Part shown: positions 37,577-51,856 of the stretch, in pieces | Numbering within the stretch: position 1 is the first letter of the stretch | Layout: the number at the start of each line of letters is the position of its first letter | Assembly: GCF_018977255.1 (NCBI RefSeq) | Contig: NW_024704743.1 | Coordinates: forward strand, 85,128,001 to 85,192,000 | DNA: 64,000 nt | Reading direction: 5' to 3' | Source of the DNA: Callorhinchus milii | Taxonomy: Eukaryota | Translations under genes and position numbers: made by a program | The notes under the pieces: model-generated | Told to the model about the DNA's origin: nothing | Seen by the model: the letters and a program-made list of their open reading frames with translations, nothing else | The model's database searches: none

Positions 37577-37715
37577 TACAACAACAACTTGGATTGATTT
37601 ATATAGCGCCCTCACGCCGGACATCGTCTCAGAGCACTTTACAGTGACGGATCCCAGGACCGAGCCAGGAGGAGGGGGAGGAAGGTGACCAAAGGCGCGG
37701 TCGAAAAGAAAGGTC
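37577..37715 (-). mobile_element. L2-type 3' end fragment
   Basis: (caa)n tail, tatatagcgccctcacgcc, purine-rich UTR, ggtcgaaaagaaaggtct. Confidence 0.65.
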
Positions 37716-37774
37716 TACCCCTCTCTTTGGTGATATCACCACATGATTTCTTTAAAGCGCCTTCAGAAGTTATT

Positions 37775-38313
37775 AGTCTCCTTATTTAAGGAAGGATGTA
37801 CTTGCCTTGGAGGGCGTGCAGCGTAGATTTACTAGGTTAGTACCAGGGATGAAGGGGATGAGTTACGAGGATAGGCTGGCCAATTTGGGCCTATATTCTC
37901 TAGAATATAGAAGGATTAGAGGGGATCTTATAGAAACCTATAAGATCATCAAAGGGCATGATATAGTAGATAGTGGGAGATTGTTTCCCCTGGTTGGAGA
38001 AACTAAAACCAGGGGTCACAACCTTAAAATCAGAGGCCAGCCCTTTCGCACTGAGTTGAGGAAGAACTTCTTCACTCAAAGGGTGGTGAATGTATGGAAC
38101 TCACTACCCCAAAGGGCTGTTGACGCTCAGTCCTTGAACATATTAAAGACTTAGATAGATAGATTTCTTATTGCAAAAGGGATTAAGGGATATGGGGATA
38201 AGGCAGGGCCAGGTTATTAGCTGGCATTAGATTAGAAGATCAGCCATGATTGAATGGCAGGGCAGACTCGAAGGGCCGAATGGCCTACTCCTGCTCCTAC
38301 ATGTTATGGTTAT
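37775..38313 (+). mobile_element. Young 5'-truncated CR1 LINE
   Basis: ORF 37807..38154 (VQRRFTRLVPG..RRIRGDLIETYKI..FFTQRVVNVWNSLP); 3' UTR gaatggcctactcctgctcct; gttat-like tail. Confidence 0.92.
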
Positions 38314-41300
38314 GTTATTCTGTCTCAGCGCTGCTGAAAAAAATGCAAGTTGTTCTTTTAGAAGTGGCGAAAAAGGAGTTCTTAATCTTATTCACAAATT
38401 TCTACCACTTCCATTAACTCACTGAACTGGTAGAAATTCATGAATAAGCTTGTGTTTGTCGCCAATAAACTCTCAGACATACGCTGAGTGAAAGAATAAA
38501 TATCATCCAGTTCAATTGCATCACATTTTTTAGGAAAATACTGAATTCGTTGTGTAGTTACTAAGCACCTGTGTTTGGTTGGTTACACTGCAATAACAGT
38601 GTATAGAAAAATCAAACATATTAAATATATGTACACTGCTGTAATTGGAACCAGTGAATGGCTCAGTGGTGCGTAATTATTTACCTTTTGGTTGATTTAC
38701 TTCATCAGGTCTGTTAATTAGAATCTAGTGAAATCAATCATTCCTGCCCATCAATTGTAAATAAAGGCTAATAATATTACCACGGTGACATCCTGAAGCG
38801 GAAGGCCGTTTGGTCCATTGTGTCTGTCTCCTTCAAGAGCAATCCTTTTAGTCCTATTTACCTGCCCTTTCCCGATATCTCTGGAACGGACTCTTTTTTA
38901 AAACTTTAAAAAAGAGTCAGCTGCAGGGGTATAGAGAAAATGCAGGTAAATGGAACTGAAAGGATTCATTTTGTGGGAGCCAGCAAAGGTATGATGGGCC
39001 GAATGGCCTCCTTCTGTGCTGTCCATGTGAATGTTCAAGTACTTACTGCAGGATCTATGTGCAATTGACATCTAACAATACAGGAAATACATGATCTTCC
39101 ATCAACACAAAAAGGTTGCAGTGATTAGAGTCGAAAAGATGTCAGTGAAGAATGGAAGTTTGAAATCTAAATATCCAGGTGACATTTTATAGACTACTGA
39201 ATCAATTACTTTGCAGCTTTGTAACCCCTTACACACATTTCCATTTGAGTTAATACTGAGATGCATTTTCTGGTTTGATGGCAATGTGTAAACAAAATTT
39301 TCATTTTACAACTGCGGGGTGGGGGAGAAGGTTAAGCCCCATTTGTGCGATTTTAGCACGGAGATTATGAAAAATAGTTGTTTTCCAAAGCCAGGTACTT
39401 TCAGAGTAATGAATGTACATAAAGTACTTGTCAGACATTAAAAGGACGACTCCAGTGACCACTTAAATTCAATACTGTCTGTGCCTTACTTTAAAAGACA
39501 TCAGGATTGAAAAACATAGCCCTTGCAATCATAAACATTGGCCATTCAATAAAGTGGCAATAACTCCAAGGTTGTACTGGATAATAAAGCCACAACTATA
39601 TAATGGTGGGAGATTGCCTTCCAGTAAATCCTACTTTCTAGTTTTGTGCGTTTCAAATGTTTCTTGCATGCAACTCTTTGCTATGCACATTTAATCTGTT
39701 ATTGAGATATTTTTAAGTTAATTGTCTTCCGTTCTTTTAAGCGCTCGGGGATACTACTCCATGTGAAGAGCACTATATAAATGCAAGTTGGTGTTGTAGT
39801 TGCTGAACTGTATAATAGTAAACTATGTGTTAATGTTGGGATATTTCAAATCCCTCTGTGTTTAATATAAAATCTGATTATTACTTATTTCTCCTATCAT
39901 TTCTATAACATGTTGGTATAGCTTTTACAAAGTCTGCCAACAAGAATGAATCCAGTAATCCTGACAAACTAGCTGTGGAATGTTTCTTGGTCCGATCAGG
40001 ACTTGCTGAAATCTTGAGCTGTAGCAGCAATGTTCCAAAAGAAACCCTGCATTAACTTCTACAGATTGGAGATAATACAATGGCAAAATTCCTCATTTAG
40101 AGCATTTAATTTGTAATGTTTTCCTTCCATGTACATTGCAATTTTTTAGTGAGATTTCTGAGAAAATAAATATTAATTTGGATTATGATTCATGAAGTGT
40201 ACTAGGCAATCATGCATGTCAGAAACTTGAGTCACACCTAAATTGTGACACAATTTCCCTCAAAGGTAAAAATACATTGCTGTCAATCGGCATTACATTG
40301 TTATATGTGCAGGTAATTTTATATTACGCTGAATTTGTTGTATGATTTTGGCCATTTAAAACAAAGTTGTATTTATCTATATCCAATTGATAAAATAGAA
40401 CGTTAACTGGTTGATTACATTATCTTTACATAGTTTTCGCCACGGTAACATTTTTCATAGATGGTACAGGTTTTGAACTTCGGAATTAAGCTGTCATTGT
40501 ACTGGTGTGAACTTGTGCCAAAAGAGTTGTAATTGAGCTTGCGCTGTCTTGTGTGTCAGGTGAAGCAGGTTCTTCAAACTGAGTTATCTGGTTTCGTCTG
40601 CTGCTCGAATGTAGTGCAGGCAGAGCGCTCATTGTTAGAAGTGCTTCAAAGATACTTGGGTTCACATATGGGTGCCCTGTGCTTTGAGAGGTGGACAAAT
40701 GTTACAAATACAAGATACAGAGATAAAAGAATTGCGTTGTGGTGTTAATTATCATTGGTGATAATTATCACTTTGTAGAAATTTCTGCCCAGTCGATGTT
40801 TGGCTTTGTGCGACTCTGACTCCCATCACAATGGTCCGGGTCAAAGGCACCTGCTGAGGCCATTGGACTTGTGGCTTTGGCTGCAGTTAGCAAGATACAG
40901 GTTAGCAGAATTTAAATCTTTAAATTCTGTTCAGAGAAACGTTTTTAAATTTGTTGATCATGGACATCTTGAGAGTAGGTGGTTTTATGTAGAATTCCCT
41001 TTTCGGTGACTTGCATGAAGTCCACTACAGTTAGATTATCACTGGGGATTATTGCCTTTCTCTACCCAAAATGTCACCGAAGGAAGGAATCTACACAAAC
41101 CATCAGCCCTTTTATTCAGGATCAAAAATCTTGCTACCCTGACTTAGAAAGAAGATGAGCAATGTAAATGTGTGAATATCTTTTTAAATTTGTATTTATG
41201 CTCCATGAGAGTGAAATGCCTCTGGTTGGCATGATGCAGATAAGTATAAAATAGGTTGGATGCAGCACAAAGCTGCACCTGTTCCACTTCAACAATGCAC

Positions 41301-41434
41301 TTTAACCCTATGCTCTGAGTGTCTCCCTAACCCTAGTATGAATGTTTACACTTGTACATGGCCTCATAGTGGTCTTTCTGAATCACTGCAAGTTCTTCAT
41401 TATTGGGTAGCTTTGGCAGTGGAATAGTAACTGA

Positions 41435-41823
41435 GTTGAGATCCTCTCACTCGTTTTCAAATCCCTTCATGCCCTTGCACCTCCCTACCTATCCGATCTG
41501 CTTAGCCCCAACTCCACCACCCGCTGCCTATGCTCGGCTGGCTCTGGCATCCTGTTTGTCCCTCGTCCCCTCCACTCCACCATCAGTGGCCGTGCCTCCA
41601 GTCACTATACCCGAAACTCTAGAACTCTCTCCCTCAATCCCTCTGCCCTGCCCCCTCCCTCCACACCTTTAATTCCCACCTAAAGATCTTTTTGATCGTG
41701 CTTACGGTCACCTCCGGTTCCCCCGGGCTCGGTGTCAGACTCCGCCACTGTCAAATGCTCCAGGACACTATCCCACATAAAGGGCACTATATAAGTGCAA
41801 GTTGTTGTAAATGCAAGTTGTTG
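41435..41823 (+). mobile_element. L2-type LINE 3' fragment
   Basis: Homologous to 34725-35053 and 58312-58701. Confidence 0.8.
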
Positions 41824-42169
41824 AGATGGTCAAAACTTATTTTACTGAAGATCTTTTTGCAAGTTTTGGAGAATTCCTGCAAATGAGGGTGACGTATTTC
41901 TTACCAGAAACAATCTCTATTTTTGCGATTACTTATTGACGAATCTCACTAAGAAGTACTAGAAGTTAAAATTCTGTGTTACAGTTATGTTATCTTCTAT
42001 TCATACTGTGGCTGTGCAGTGTGTATTCTGCTAGGAAAATATGTTGCAACGCATAAACTGTGGTATTTGGAAAATGTGACCCTCCCTTTCTCCCCGGCAC
42101 AACAACCCAAATGTTCTTGAGTAAAACATTGTGTGTGCTTGCCTTAAAAGAGGTTATGTTGTCTTGTAG

Positions 42170-42347
42170 AGTTGTACAGCCACATCAGCACCAGATGTTA
42201 GATGAAGATGAATTGCCTAACTCCAGTCAAAGTGAGGAGAAACCTGGTCCATCACGAGCTGGAAGTAGAAAGCGGCAGCCTAGCATGTCTGAGACAATGC
42301 CCCTGTATACACTCTGCAAAGAGGACCTGGAGAGCATGGACAAAGAG
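42170..42347 (+). CDS. CTDP1: CTDP1 coding exon (exon 11 equivalent)
   Basis: ttgtag acceptor, GAG|gtgaga donor; 178 nt, phase 2-0; ..PGPSRAGSRKRQPSMSETMPLYTLCKEDLESMDKE. The next exon (VDDIL..) was not found in the window. Confidence 0.96.
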
Positions 42348-44914
42348 GTGAGACCAATGGTGGTAACAGGAACAAGAGGAAAAATAGTATTAGCCACAAT
42401 AGTCAATTCTAATTGTAAACGTATTTGTAAATATATATATCTATAAGTAAACACACATGCACGTGTTGGGATGCTTGTGTGGAATCGGTTTTAGGAGGCA
42501 GATTCGGAAGCCTGATCAACGGTTAAGGTGTTGTCATTAAGAAGGTTTCAAACCTATTGATCTAGAAATTCACTCCCCCTCCCCCCCATCCACTTTATTG
42601 TAAATGATGCCTTGTTTTTGTGGTGAATTCAGTGTGTTGCAGTGTTGTGATCTGCAGTGATCACTTCAGACTCAACAATCTGTAATGCTGATGAAACAAA
42701 ATGCATGCATATAAATAAGTTCTTTGGTAAAAGAAGAAACTGGTCATGTTGATGATGGCTGTAATTGAATGATTTGCCGTCATCAGCTAGCTGTTTCTGT
42801 GAAAGTACAAGTTGTTCTAACTTTTCCTGATAATAATATACACATTTTCAGCTTTTGCCCGGGGGCATGTTTTGAAGGTAAGGTCGCATAAAAAGCAAGA
42901 AAAAAAATCAATATCTTGTAAATACTATTCATTTCCCTCCTAAATATCAAAATTGCTAAACTCTACAGTTTAGCTCTGAAATAATGAAGGTGACAATTCT
43001 TACTTTAACATCTTTATCCAATCGGTTTGTGTATCAGAGGATTGATATAGCAGGAACTGGCCCATCATACCCAACTGCTCAAATTCCATTTCCCTGCTCT
43101 TTCCACGTACCATTTTATGTTCTTCTAAAAAATATTCATCACATTGTCAAAATTCCCTCACTATCCATCTGTGGCAGAAAATCATGATATTCTTTGGAGA
43201 ATAATTATCTTATTTAGTTGCTTTTCTTTGGAATCAATAGCATGGAGGTCCTTATTGTAAATAAGAGAGGGAGTCATTTTATTTTAATGCAAAGGATGTA
43301 CCCAACATCAATGAGAGCCTTTCAGGACTACAGAAGGAATCGTCTTAGTGTTCTAGTCACAAGTTTTGGATGTACACTGGTAGATGTGTTGCTAATGGGG
43401 TTGAAAGAACAATAACAACAAACAGCAAATGAGATTTATATAGCGGCTTTCACGTTGGCACGCCACTTGTAATGAAAACAATATTTGCACAATTTTGGCT
43501 CCAACCTGAGATCTATGTTATCTATGTTTTAAAAAAGGGTAATTTGGAAAAATCAGGTGGAATGTCTCCTTCTGTGCAGAACATTTCTAAGGTTTCTATG
43601 TTTTCTTTCCTATCAGGGCCAAAGTCCCGCAAGTCTGTCCCTGTGACATGCAGGAATACTCTGTTGAAAACAGACTATATGTTGGGATGTGCTTTTTCTG
43701 ATTGCCTGGTGCTATAGCTTTGTGTGAATATGACGTGTTGTTTGGAATAAAAAAGACTTACTGTCCCCAGATCCAACTTGATCAGTTTCTTGGTGAAAAC
43801 CAATGAGCAATTAAACTCTGAAGTTTTCTTTAACCTCTGATTGTGCAGGACTCCAGGACATTTGTCCACACTATACATGACATCAAAGAAATCTTGTGGG
43901 AAATGGATACTTAGGCTCAATGGACTTGTGATCAATCCTACCTGAAATTGTTATCATTCTACTCTCTGACTGGTCCCAGCAGTAAAGGAGATACAGTATT
44001 TTCTTCAGTAGAACTTATCAATATCCCCATCTGTACTTGTATCATTCAGTCCTCTCGTAAAAGAGATAAGAAAAGAACATTCCAACAGCTACTTTTGATA
44101 ACAGTTTCTGAGCAATCGGTTTGTTGACAAAGGTTTCGTCAAACTTGCCTCAGTGTGGATGAGTGATACAATAGAACCAGTATGTTGTGGAACTGCTCCT
44201 AATTATTTGCTCTTTCAGTGTAACGTGGCAATGATATTGGAGTAATTTGGTAGCTCCGTGACTTTGATATGTTGTTTTTCCCCTTACCATTTGTTAAGGA
44301 CGGGCTCCAAATAAATGTGAGAATACAGCAATTTATTTTGAGTTTTATTAAAATTAATTGTGGCAACAGAATATCCACTCCAGTGATTTTTGTTGTGTTA
44401 TTTTCATTCTGAACTGGCTGTGACATATAACATTATCCCTTTGATGTATTGTTGAAAGAAGGTCACAGCCAGCATTCACTGCGGTGCCGTTAATAATAAG
44501 AGATGGTCATATAAATAACAAAAAGAGTCTCCCAGTCAGTGTACAGAAAATATATTGTATAGTATATTGCTTAATTCAAAATAAAAAACTGAAACTTTAA
44601 TTTGTTTCTGAAAAGACAACATTTGAAACAGCAAAGCCACTTCAGCTGAAATAACGAATATCTCTCTCTCTCTCTGTCGAACACATTTACTTGTTACATT
44701 TAGCTCTCATTTTGTCATCTCAATAGTCTACTGAACCCTGCAAGTCATGTTTCGTGCAACATGTTGAATGATGACATCTTGTAGATTTTCTTTTGTGAAA
44801 CAATAGTGCATTTTGTAAGCTCTAAATTGAAAATCCTTTAAGTTAGACACAACTACTGCTAACTGCACAACTACTACTTCATCAAACAATTCAGTTAGGT
44901 TAGACAGGTGTGAC

Positions 44915-45230
44915 CTACCCTTGACAAACCCAACTCCCCCTGTTCAACTTGTGCCTATCCATGTTTTTCTTATTTTTATCCTTGCATGTTGCCTCACGGA
45001 TAATTAATTCCAATAACTTCCTTACTTCTGATGTCAATGTTATTATCCTATAATTACAAGGATCATCTCTACTTCCTTCCTTGAATAAAGGTTTATTAGT
45101 CATCTTCCTACATTTAGTATTATCTTGGAGTCCAGCCACTTCTGGAAGATCACAACCAATGCTTTGCCCACCTCCTCCCAGCCATCTCCTTCAATATCCT
45201 TGGGAGAAAATGGTCAGGAATAAGTAATTT
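44915..45230 (-). mobile_element. CR1 RT N-terminal fragment
   Basis: ORF PLFKEGSRDDPCNYRIITLTSEVRKLLELII (cf. PIFKKG..NYRPISLTS). Confidence 0.78.
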
Positions 45231-45579
45231 ATTTGGTTTCAACTACCTCATCTTCACTATCAAAGTATTTACAATGATCTTCTTTAGCTTATTTTTACTA
45301 ATTGTTACACCTCCCTACATGTGTCTAAATGTCAAGCGCTCCGGGACGCTACCCCTGAGTAAATGGCACTATATAAATGAAAATTGTTGCATATCATTGT
45401 CTCTTTCTATAGGGAAAAACAAAACTGAACTTGAGTTTAATAGCTCTCCCATGCCCCGTCCTCAGTTATCTCACCATCACGTGTTTACGGTTGCACTTCT
45501 TTTACTGCCTCTTTTTTCCGATAGTGCATATAGAAGCATTCCGAGAAGCCTTCTGGGGTGAATATTTGATTCTCTCTAT

Positions 45580-45695
45580 GATAATAATAATAATCCTTGT
45601 ATTTGATTTTGCCCCTTATCACGTCTTTGAGACGTCTCAAAGCGCTTCGCAGGTTATACTGTAAAGTGAATTGACTGTATATTTTGTGGGCGAAA
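45580..45695 (-). mobile_element. SINE 3' fragment
   Basis: (taa)n tail plus ~100 nt of the young SINE 3' end. Confidence 0.8.
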
Positions 45696-46579
45696 TCTTT
45701 AATTCCTGCTATTTTTTTGCTCTCCTTACAATATTTCTGGTTTTCTTTTAGTGCCTCACCTAGTTCCATTCCATTACATACTTTCTGTTTTTTCTCTAAG
45801 ATTTATATATGGCAGTTTCTTCTCCTTGATGCTCACTCATGCCTTCTTTGTAAACTGCAGCTGTTTTGCGTCCAAAGTATTAATTTAGCATTTCAACAGT
45901 CTCTACTTATTATGTAATTATTTCCTTTCTAAATAGGCTATGCTTCTGTTCTGTTGATTTATCTCATTAAAAGTTCCTCTTATCCTATGTTATTTAATCC
46001 TAATTTCACCCATCAAAATTTGCCTCTTTTAAGTCTGGGTTAAGTCTGTTCCCTGAACAACAAAGGAGAATGCGTGGTGAAGACGGGCAGAACTGGAATT
46101 TTCAAAATTTAATTGAATGATGGAAGAACAGTGCGTTGGTACAGTGGGACTGCTCACTGACAGCCAATAGGAGAAATCCCCCTTTCTTAGCACATAGGTA
46201 GGCGAAGATGTCCAAACAGCATTTGCAGGTGACCTTGCCATGCATCGCTGACAGACAGACTGCATCTTTCGTGGTGTTCATTAGCGCTGTCTTTCTCAAA
46301 CACATCTATATTTGTTTTAAATCTAGTTTTCAGGCAAAGCATCAAAATATTGGCAGCACAATTCACCCACCAGACTGAATTAAGAAAGCAGTTGTAGATG
46401 GAATGTGTTCTTACTGGAAATGTATAGTACCTTAGGAACCAGGAGTAGGCCATTTGAGCCTCCTCCTCCATTAAATCTGCAGCAACTCTTTTAATTTCTC
46501 TTCTTTATATCTCCCAATATCCAGTGCTTCAATTGACAGGCCATATCGACCTGTCTGCACCCTCAGCTCAACAGGCTCC

Positions 46580-46860
46580 AGCCTTCTCCCACCCGATCCG
46601 CCCCACCATCGGCGGTTGGGCCTTCACCCTCTCTGCCCCCACCCTCTGGAACTCTATCCCACTTGCTCCCTGTCTTGCCTCCTTTAAGGCACGTCTCAAG
46701 ACCCTTCTCTTCGACCATGGCTTTGGTTACCCTCCTATCCCTACCTTCCCTGCCCCCCCACCCTTCCCAATTCCAACCCTTAGCTTGGGTCTAAATCCCT
46801 GACTGTCCAGTGCCTTGGGACGTGAAAGGCGCTAAACAAATATAATTATTTGTTGTTGTT
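46580..46860 (+). mobile_element. L2-type LINE 3' fragment
   Basis: ORF RPTIGGWAFTLSAPTLWNSIP..FKARLKTLLF; (ttg)n tail. Confidence 0.82.
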
Positions 46861-47685
46861 AACACCAAAGGAACAACCTACAAGAACATCCTCAGTTAAC
46901 TGTATAAGAATTTGTTACATGAACTTTCAATTTGTACAATAGCAGTGTATTGTTGTTTTGTTTCTTGCCAAGGTTTTTTTTTCTCCAATGAGTTCAACTC
47001 CTGTCTTCTAAATACCCTACTGCAAAAGAAGTTCTATGGGTATCCTCTGGTCCTTTCTTGAAGTGACTATTCACAAGGTCACAAAATTGGTTTACATGAA
47101 GGTCTTTTGGCCTATTTGATCTCATCCTTCCAGAATACCAACCCACTATCTTCACATAACAGCCTCAAGCTGTTTTTTTTTAAAAAGAATGAGTTAATTA
47201 CCAATGACTTGCTCGTATTTAAAGCTGCCTCTGATCTTTGTAGAGCAGACAAAATTGTAAAGATGTCAATATTTAAAATGCCAGAAAATGCTCAACATTT
47301 ATAACTGATACTGTAAATAAAAGGTTAAGATGAAATTTTAAAAAAATGAGAGTACGACAGATTGGGCTCACCTTATGGCCCACAAACTTGAAACTCGATT
47401 TGGTTGTGATCGGTGCCATGGATTAGATATTAAGCACAGAAATGCTTTGTATTTGGTTTCTGCCACATTAATTAGTTATGTCAGCTTGAAATGATCAAGT
47501 TTAGAATTACATTTTGGTACTAAAATTTAAATACATTTGCAGGCATATTATGGAATAGTTTCTGGACATTTGAACAGAAAAACCTTTTTGAGAATATTTT
47601 GGCTCAATTTTGAAATCCGAAGCACAAATTCAATCAAATGTTCTTGTGAGGGGTGCAAAGTGGATTATTTGCTAACTTCTATTTC

Positions 47686-48111
47686 AGCCTGGCTCAGCAT
47701 TCTTGCCTCTAAGTCAAAAGTTAGTGAGCCCTAGCCCTGTGTTGCAACTTTGAACCTACAGTATAGATTGACACTCCAATGCAGTGCTTGGAGTGTGATG
47801 CATTGTTGGAGATGGCATCCTTCAGATGAGACGTTAAACTGATGTCCTGTTCTGTCTACCTGCTCAGATAGATATCAAAAAAACGATTGTACTATTTGAA
47901 AAGAGAATTGATTTTCTCCTGGTGTGCTGGCCAACAGTCCCTCATGTAAAATTTGTCATTCACTTCATGGTGATTTGTGGGACATTGCTGCGTGCAAAAT
48001 TGCTTGCTGCTTTCTCCTTAAAAAAAAGTCACTACACTCTACAGTCAATCCTGTGTAGCGCTTTGAGACCCGACATGAAAGGCAATGTATCAAATGGAAG
48101 GATTTTTATTA
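47686..48111 (+). mobile_element. DeuSINE/SacSINE1-like SINE
   Basis: Head, cagatgagacgttaaac core and tail. Confidence 0.75.
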
Positions 48112-48917
48112 TACTAGCAGAAAGCTTTACAATGAGAACAATATAAGAATTGGGTTTAACTGAAATGATCAGATGATTTGTGTGCCCCTTTGCCAGGAGG
48201 TTGGAATGGAAAGAATTGTTGCTCATAGAGGGAAATAATGTGGTACGCATAGTGGAGATGTTTTGGAGCTTTTACTGGAGCCTCTGTGAGTTCAATGAGT
48301 GCCTTTACCTAGGGGCGGGTTGGTCGATAATGTAGTAGTTTGTTTTGAGGAGGCAGGCTAATTGACTTTATAGCTTTTTCTTATATTTTTATTTGACAAA
48401 AGGAAAGAAAATGTTATCAAAAGCAGAAATCTCGTTCAAATCTGCTGTTGCTCAAGAACCAAACGGAGACCTATGTTTCATTTTGAAGGGTAAAGGATGT
48501 AATCTCGGCAGATGTATTATTGAAAAGGAACCCATTAGTTTCAGAGCTGCACTGGAGAAGAAAAATATTTCATTTCAGCTCCACCGGGTGTTGCAGAGTG
48601 TACCATTTAGTGATGACAGCTTATGCATTTGGAAGATAAATAACCAACTAGCAGCTGCCTGGACAGATTTATTCACTAAGATTTCCATGTAGTACATCTC
48701 GTAGTGAATGAGTTTTCACTTTATTATGTTCTGGTGTACAAGTAAGGTCACATGTCCAACTTAGACCTTGTGTGTTTCTCGCTTATTATTAGTGAGTTGT
48801 ATTGATATGAAACCAGCTTACAAAGTCACCCGATCTCCATTGGTAGCACTCTTGCCTCTGAGTCATGAGATTGTACTTTCAAGCCCATGTTGGGACTTTG
48901 AGCTCGTAATTCAGCAT

Positions 48918-49268
48918 TACGAGCAGTAAGGGGTCGGGATCAGGGAGGGTGAAGAGCAGGTGGGGAGGGAAAAAGAGTGACCGAAGGTATGGTCGAAGAA
49001 GAGGATCTTCAGACGGGTCTTGAAGGAGGCAAGGGAGGGGGGCGAGGTGAAAGGACTGCTGGATGGAATTGCAGAGGGTGGGGGTAGAGTGGCAAAAGGC
49101 CCGCCCACCAATTGTGGGGGGAGCGAGGTGGGGGACGTGAAGCAGGCTGGAACCCGCTGAACGGAGGGAGCGGGCAGGTTGATAGTGGGTTAGGAGGTCG
49201 CAGAGGTAAGGGGGAACAAGGCCACAGAGAGCTTTGAAGGTGAGGACCAGATTCTTGACCTGGAATTT
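48918..49268 (-). mobile_element. L2-type LINE fragment abutting a DeuSINE head (48838-48912)
   Basis: ORF SLASFKTRLKILFFDH; minus strand encodes FQVKNLVLTFKALCGL. Confidence 0.8.
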
Positions 49269-49758
49269 AAATGACTTTATGAAATATAATTGCTAGTATG
49301 CCATCCCTATAAAATGTTTGCTTCCGTTCAGAAAATTGTGAGTTTACAGAATTTGACTGATTCCTTACCTTCTGAGAGCAGCAATGATTTTCCCTTCAAT
49401 TAAGAATGATTAAGTGAAAGTATTTTCATCCTGAGGCTCAAACAAGTGATTACGGTTAATGTTTGTATGTTAATGTATCGAGAACCAGGGAATTGAAGAA
49501 AAATTTAGTCTGATATCCTTTTATAAACTGCTGTGACTTTTACCTCATCTCAGTTTGTTCCTGTAGCAACATATTGGATTTCTCTAAAGAGTGTCTATTG
49601 AATGGGTGTGATAGTACCTGTAATTCGAAGCTGGATGCATTCAAATGATTTGAATCGTATTTCGATTCTGACAGGCTTTTTACCTCAGCCGATTACACAG
49701 AAGTTAATAATGTTATTTTACTTGCAGTGATGATTTAGCCATCGATTTAAAAATCAGA

Positions 49759-50066
49759 GGAGTCCTGTAGCTCAGTGGTTAGCACTCGCCTCACAAGCAA
49801 GAGACCTGGGTTTGATTCCCGGCAGGGCGAAACCTTGGGCAAGTTTCCTTACTCCACAAGCCTGATAATAATCTCTCGAAAAAAAACAATAAATTGGTCA
49901 CTTCACTACTGTTTGTGGGACATTGCTGTGCGCAATTGGTTGCCACGTTTCGCTCACAACTATACAGTCAATTCACTTTACAGTATATTCTGTGAAGCGC
50001 TTTGAGACGTCTAGAAGACGTGATAAGGCACTCTATCAAAATGCAAGGATTATTATTATATATTAT
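49759..50066 (+). mobile_element. tRNA-headed SINE, short form
   Basis: Full head to tail. Confidence 0.9.
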
Positions 50067-50127
50067 TAAAAAAAAGCCTGTGCAGAGGATTTTTCCCCTT
50101 TTATGGTACACAAATGTTGATTAATGA

Positions 50128-50470
50128 AGCTTGACTCAGTTGGTAGCATGTTCACCTTTAGGTCATAAGACTGTGGATTCAGGCCAGACCTTAAGCTTGT
50201 AATTGAGGCTGGCACTCCAGTGCAGTAGTGGGTTGGAGGTCCAATCTTGTGGATTAAGTATTTAATCAAAGTCCTTTCTGCCTGTTCAGTTGAAAGTTAA
50301 AGATCCCATGTTGTTGCTAAAACTCCTCTAGGCAAATTAGTCACTCAATTCATGCTGGTACTCCTTATGGTAAACCGATTGCTATGTTTGCGTTCAAATA
50401 GACAGTCACTACATTTACCTATGAAGTACTTTGAGATGCTTTAATTATAAATGATATACAATGTTATTAT
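50128..50470 (+). mobile_element. Old DeuSINE-like copy
   Basis: ctcagttggtagc head; ctgcctgttcagttgaaagttaaagatcccatg core. Confidence 0.65.
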
Positions 50471-50599
50471 ATTGTATTGTCTAATGCTATATGTATTGTG
50501 GGTGCGTGTATGTATATATATTATACTGTGTAAGGTTATTATATTGTGGTGCATCAGGTGGAGATAGTAATGCCTTTGGCGCACAACTAAAAACAGAAT

Positions 50600-51135
50600 T
50601 TTATATTACATAGAATTACAAAGAATGATATGGCATGGAAATAGGCCATTCAGCCCAACTAGTCTGTGCTGGTGTTTGTACTCCACACAAACCTTCACCC
50701 TTATATTTATCCCTTCTCCCTTATGTATGTGTTTCATTTTAAATATGTTAATGCCTTTTGTGGGACTAATGCCTTTGCTTCAACCACAGCATCTGGCAGT
50801 GAGTTCCAAATTCTCACCACCCTTTGCATAGGAGTTCCTTCTGAACTCCCTTTAAGATTTTCTAATAAATATATTTGTCATCCAGTTTTGGATTTTATCA
50901 TCCAACAAATGGAAACAGCCCATTAGTGTCCATTTACTGAATCCATTCCTAATCTTAAACACCTCTATCAGATCCCTCTCAATCATTGAATCTCTAGAGA
51001 GAAAAGCTCCAACCTGTCCCGTCTTTCTTGATAGCCGTATCCTTGGTAACATCCTTGTAAATCTATCCTGCACTCTCTCCAATAATACAACAGTCTTCTA
51101 ATTTGACGGCACAGAACTAACTGCACATGGTAAAG
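50600..51135 (-). mobile_element. CR1 LINE 3' end
   Basis: ORF ERVQDRFTRMLP..DLIEVFKI; 3' UTR gggctgaatggcct. Confidence 0.82.
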
Positions 51136-51856
51136 GTCTTTTTAAGGATTCATGTAAATTTAACATCACTTTTGTTCTCTGTTTCTCTGAACATAAAGCC
51201 AAAGTCTATGTTTACATTCTTTATCACCTTTGTCTACCTGTTCCAATGGATGTTAAAGATTTCTTGACACTATTTGAAAACAAAACCTAGAGTCCTAACC
51301 AACAATCTTCCAGATTAATTGGTCATTCACCTCCTGTCTGTTTGTGGGACTTTGATGTGTCCAAATTAGATGATGCATTTGCTCACAAGTACACAGTCAC
51401 TTCGACAATAATTACTGTGAAATACTTTGAGCTGTTAATTAAACTCAATAAACCAATAGATCAAATGCAATGATTATTTTATGTGATCATTTACATAAAA
51501 TGCCAGTGTAATCTTTGTAAATGTGACCGATCAGCTCTTGATTTTAAGGAGAACAAATAAGTGATGGGGACTACAGGAATAAATCACTATTTCGCACTTC
51601 AGATTGAAATTGTACTTTGATGGCATTTGATCCAATGCTAATTTGTATTAGGTTCTCTGTTGAGAATATGGTGTTCTGATGGGTTTCACATGATGATATT
51701 TTGGATATTTTGAACTGAAGGGCTTTTCCAACCCATCTTTCAGCAAAATAATGCTTCTCCCTATCCCAGCTCGCTCGTGTGTTATAACATCAGGAAAAAC
51801 GAGTTCTTCCGAAGGACTTTGGATCATTCATTTCCATAACCCTAACCCTAATAGTA

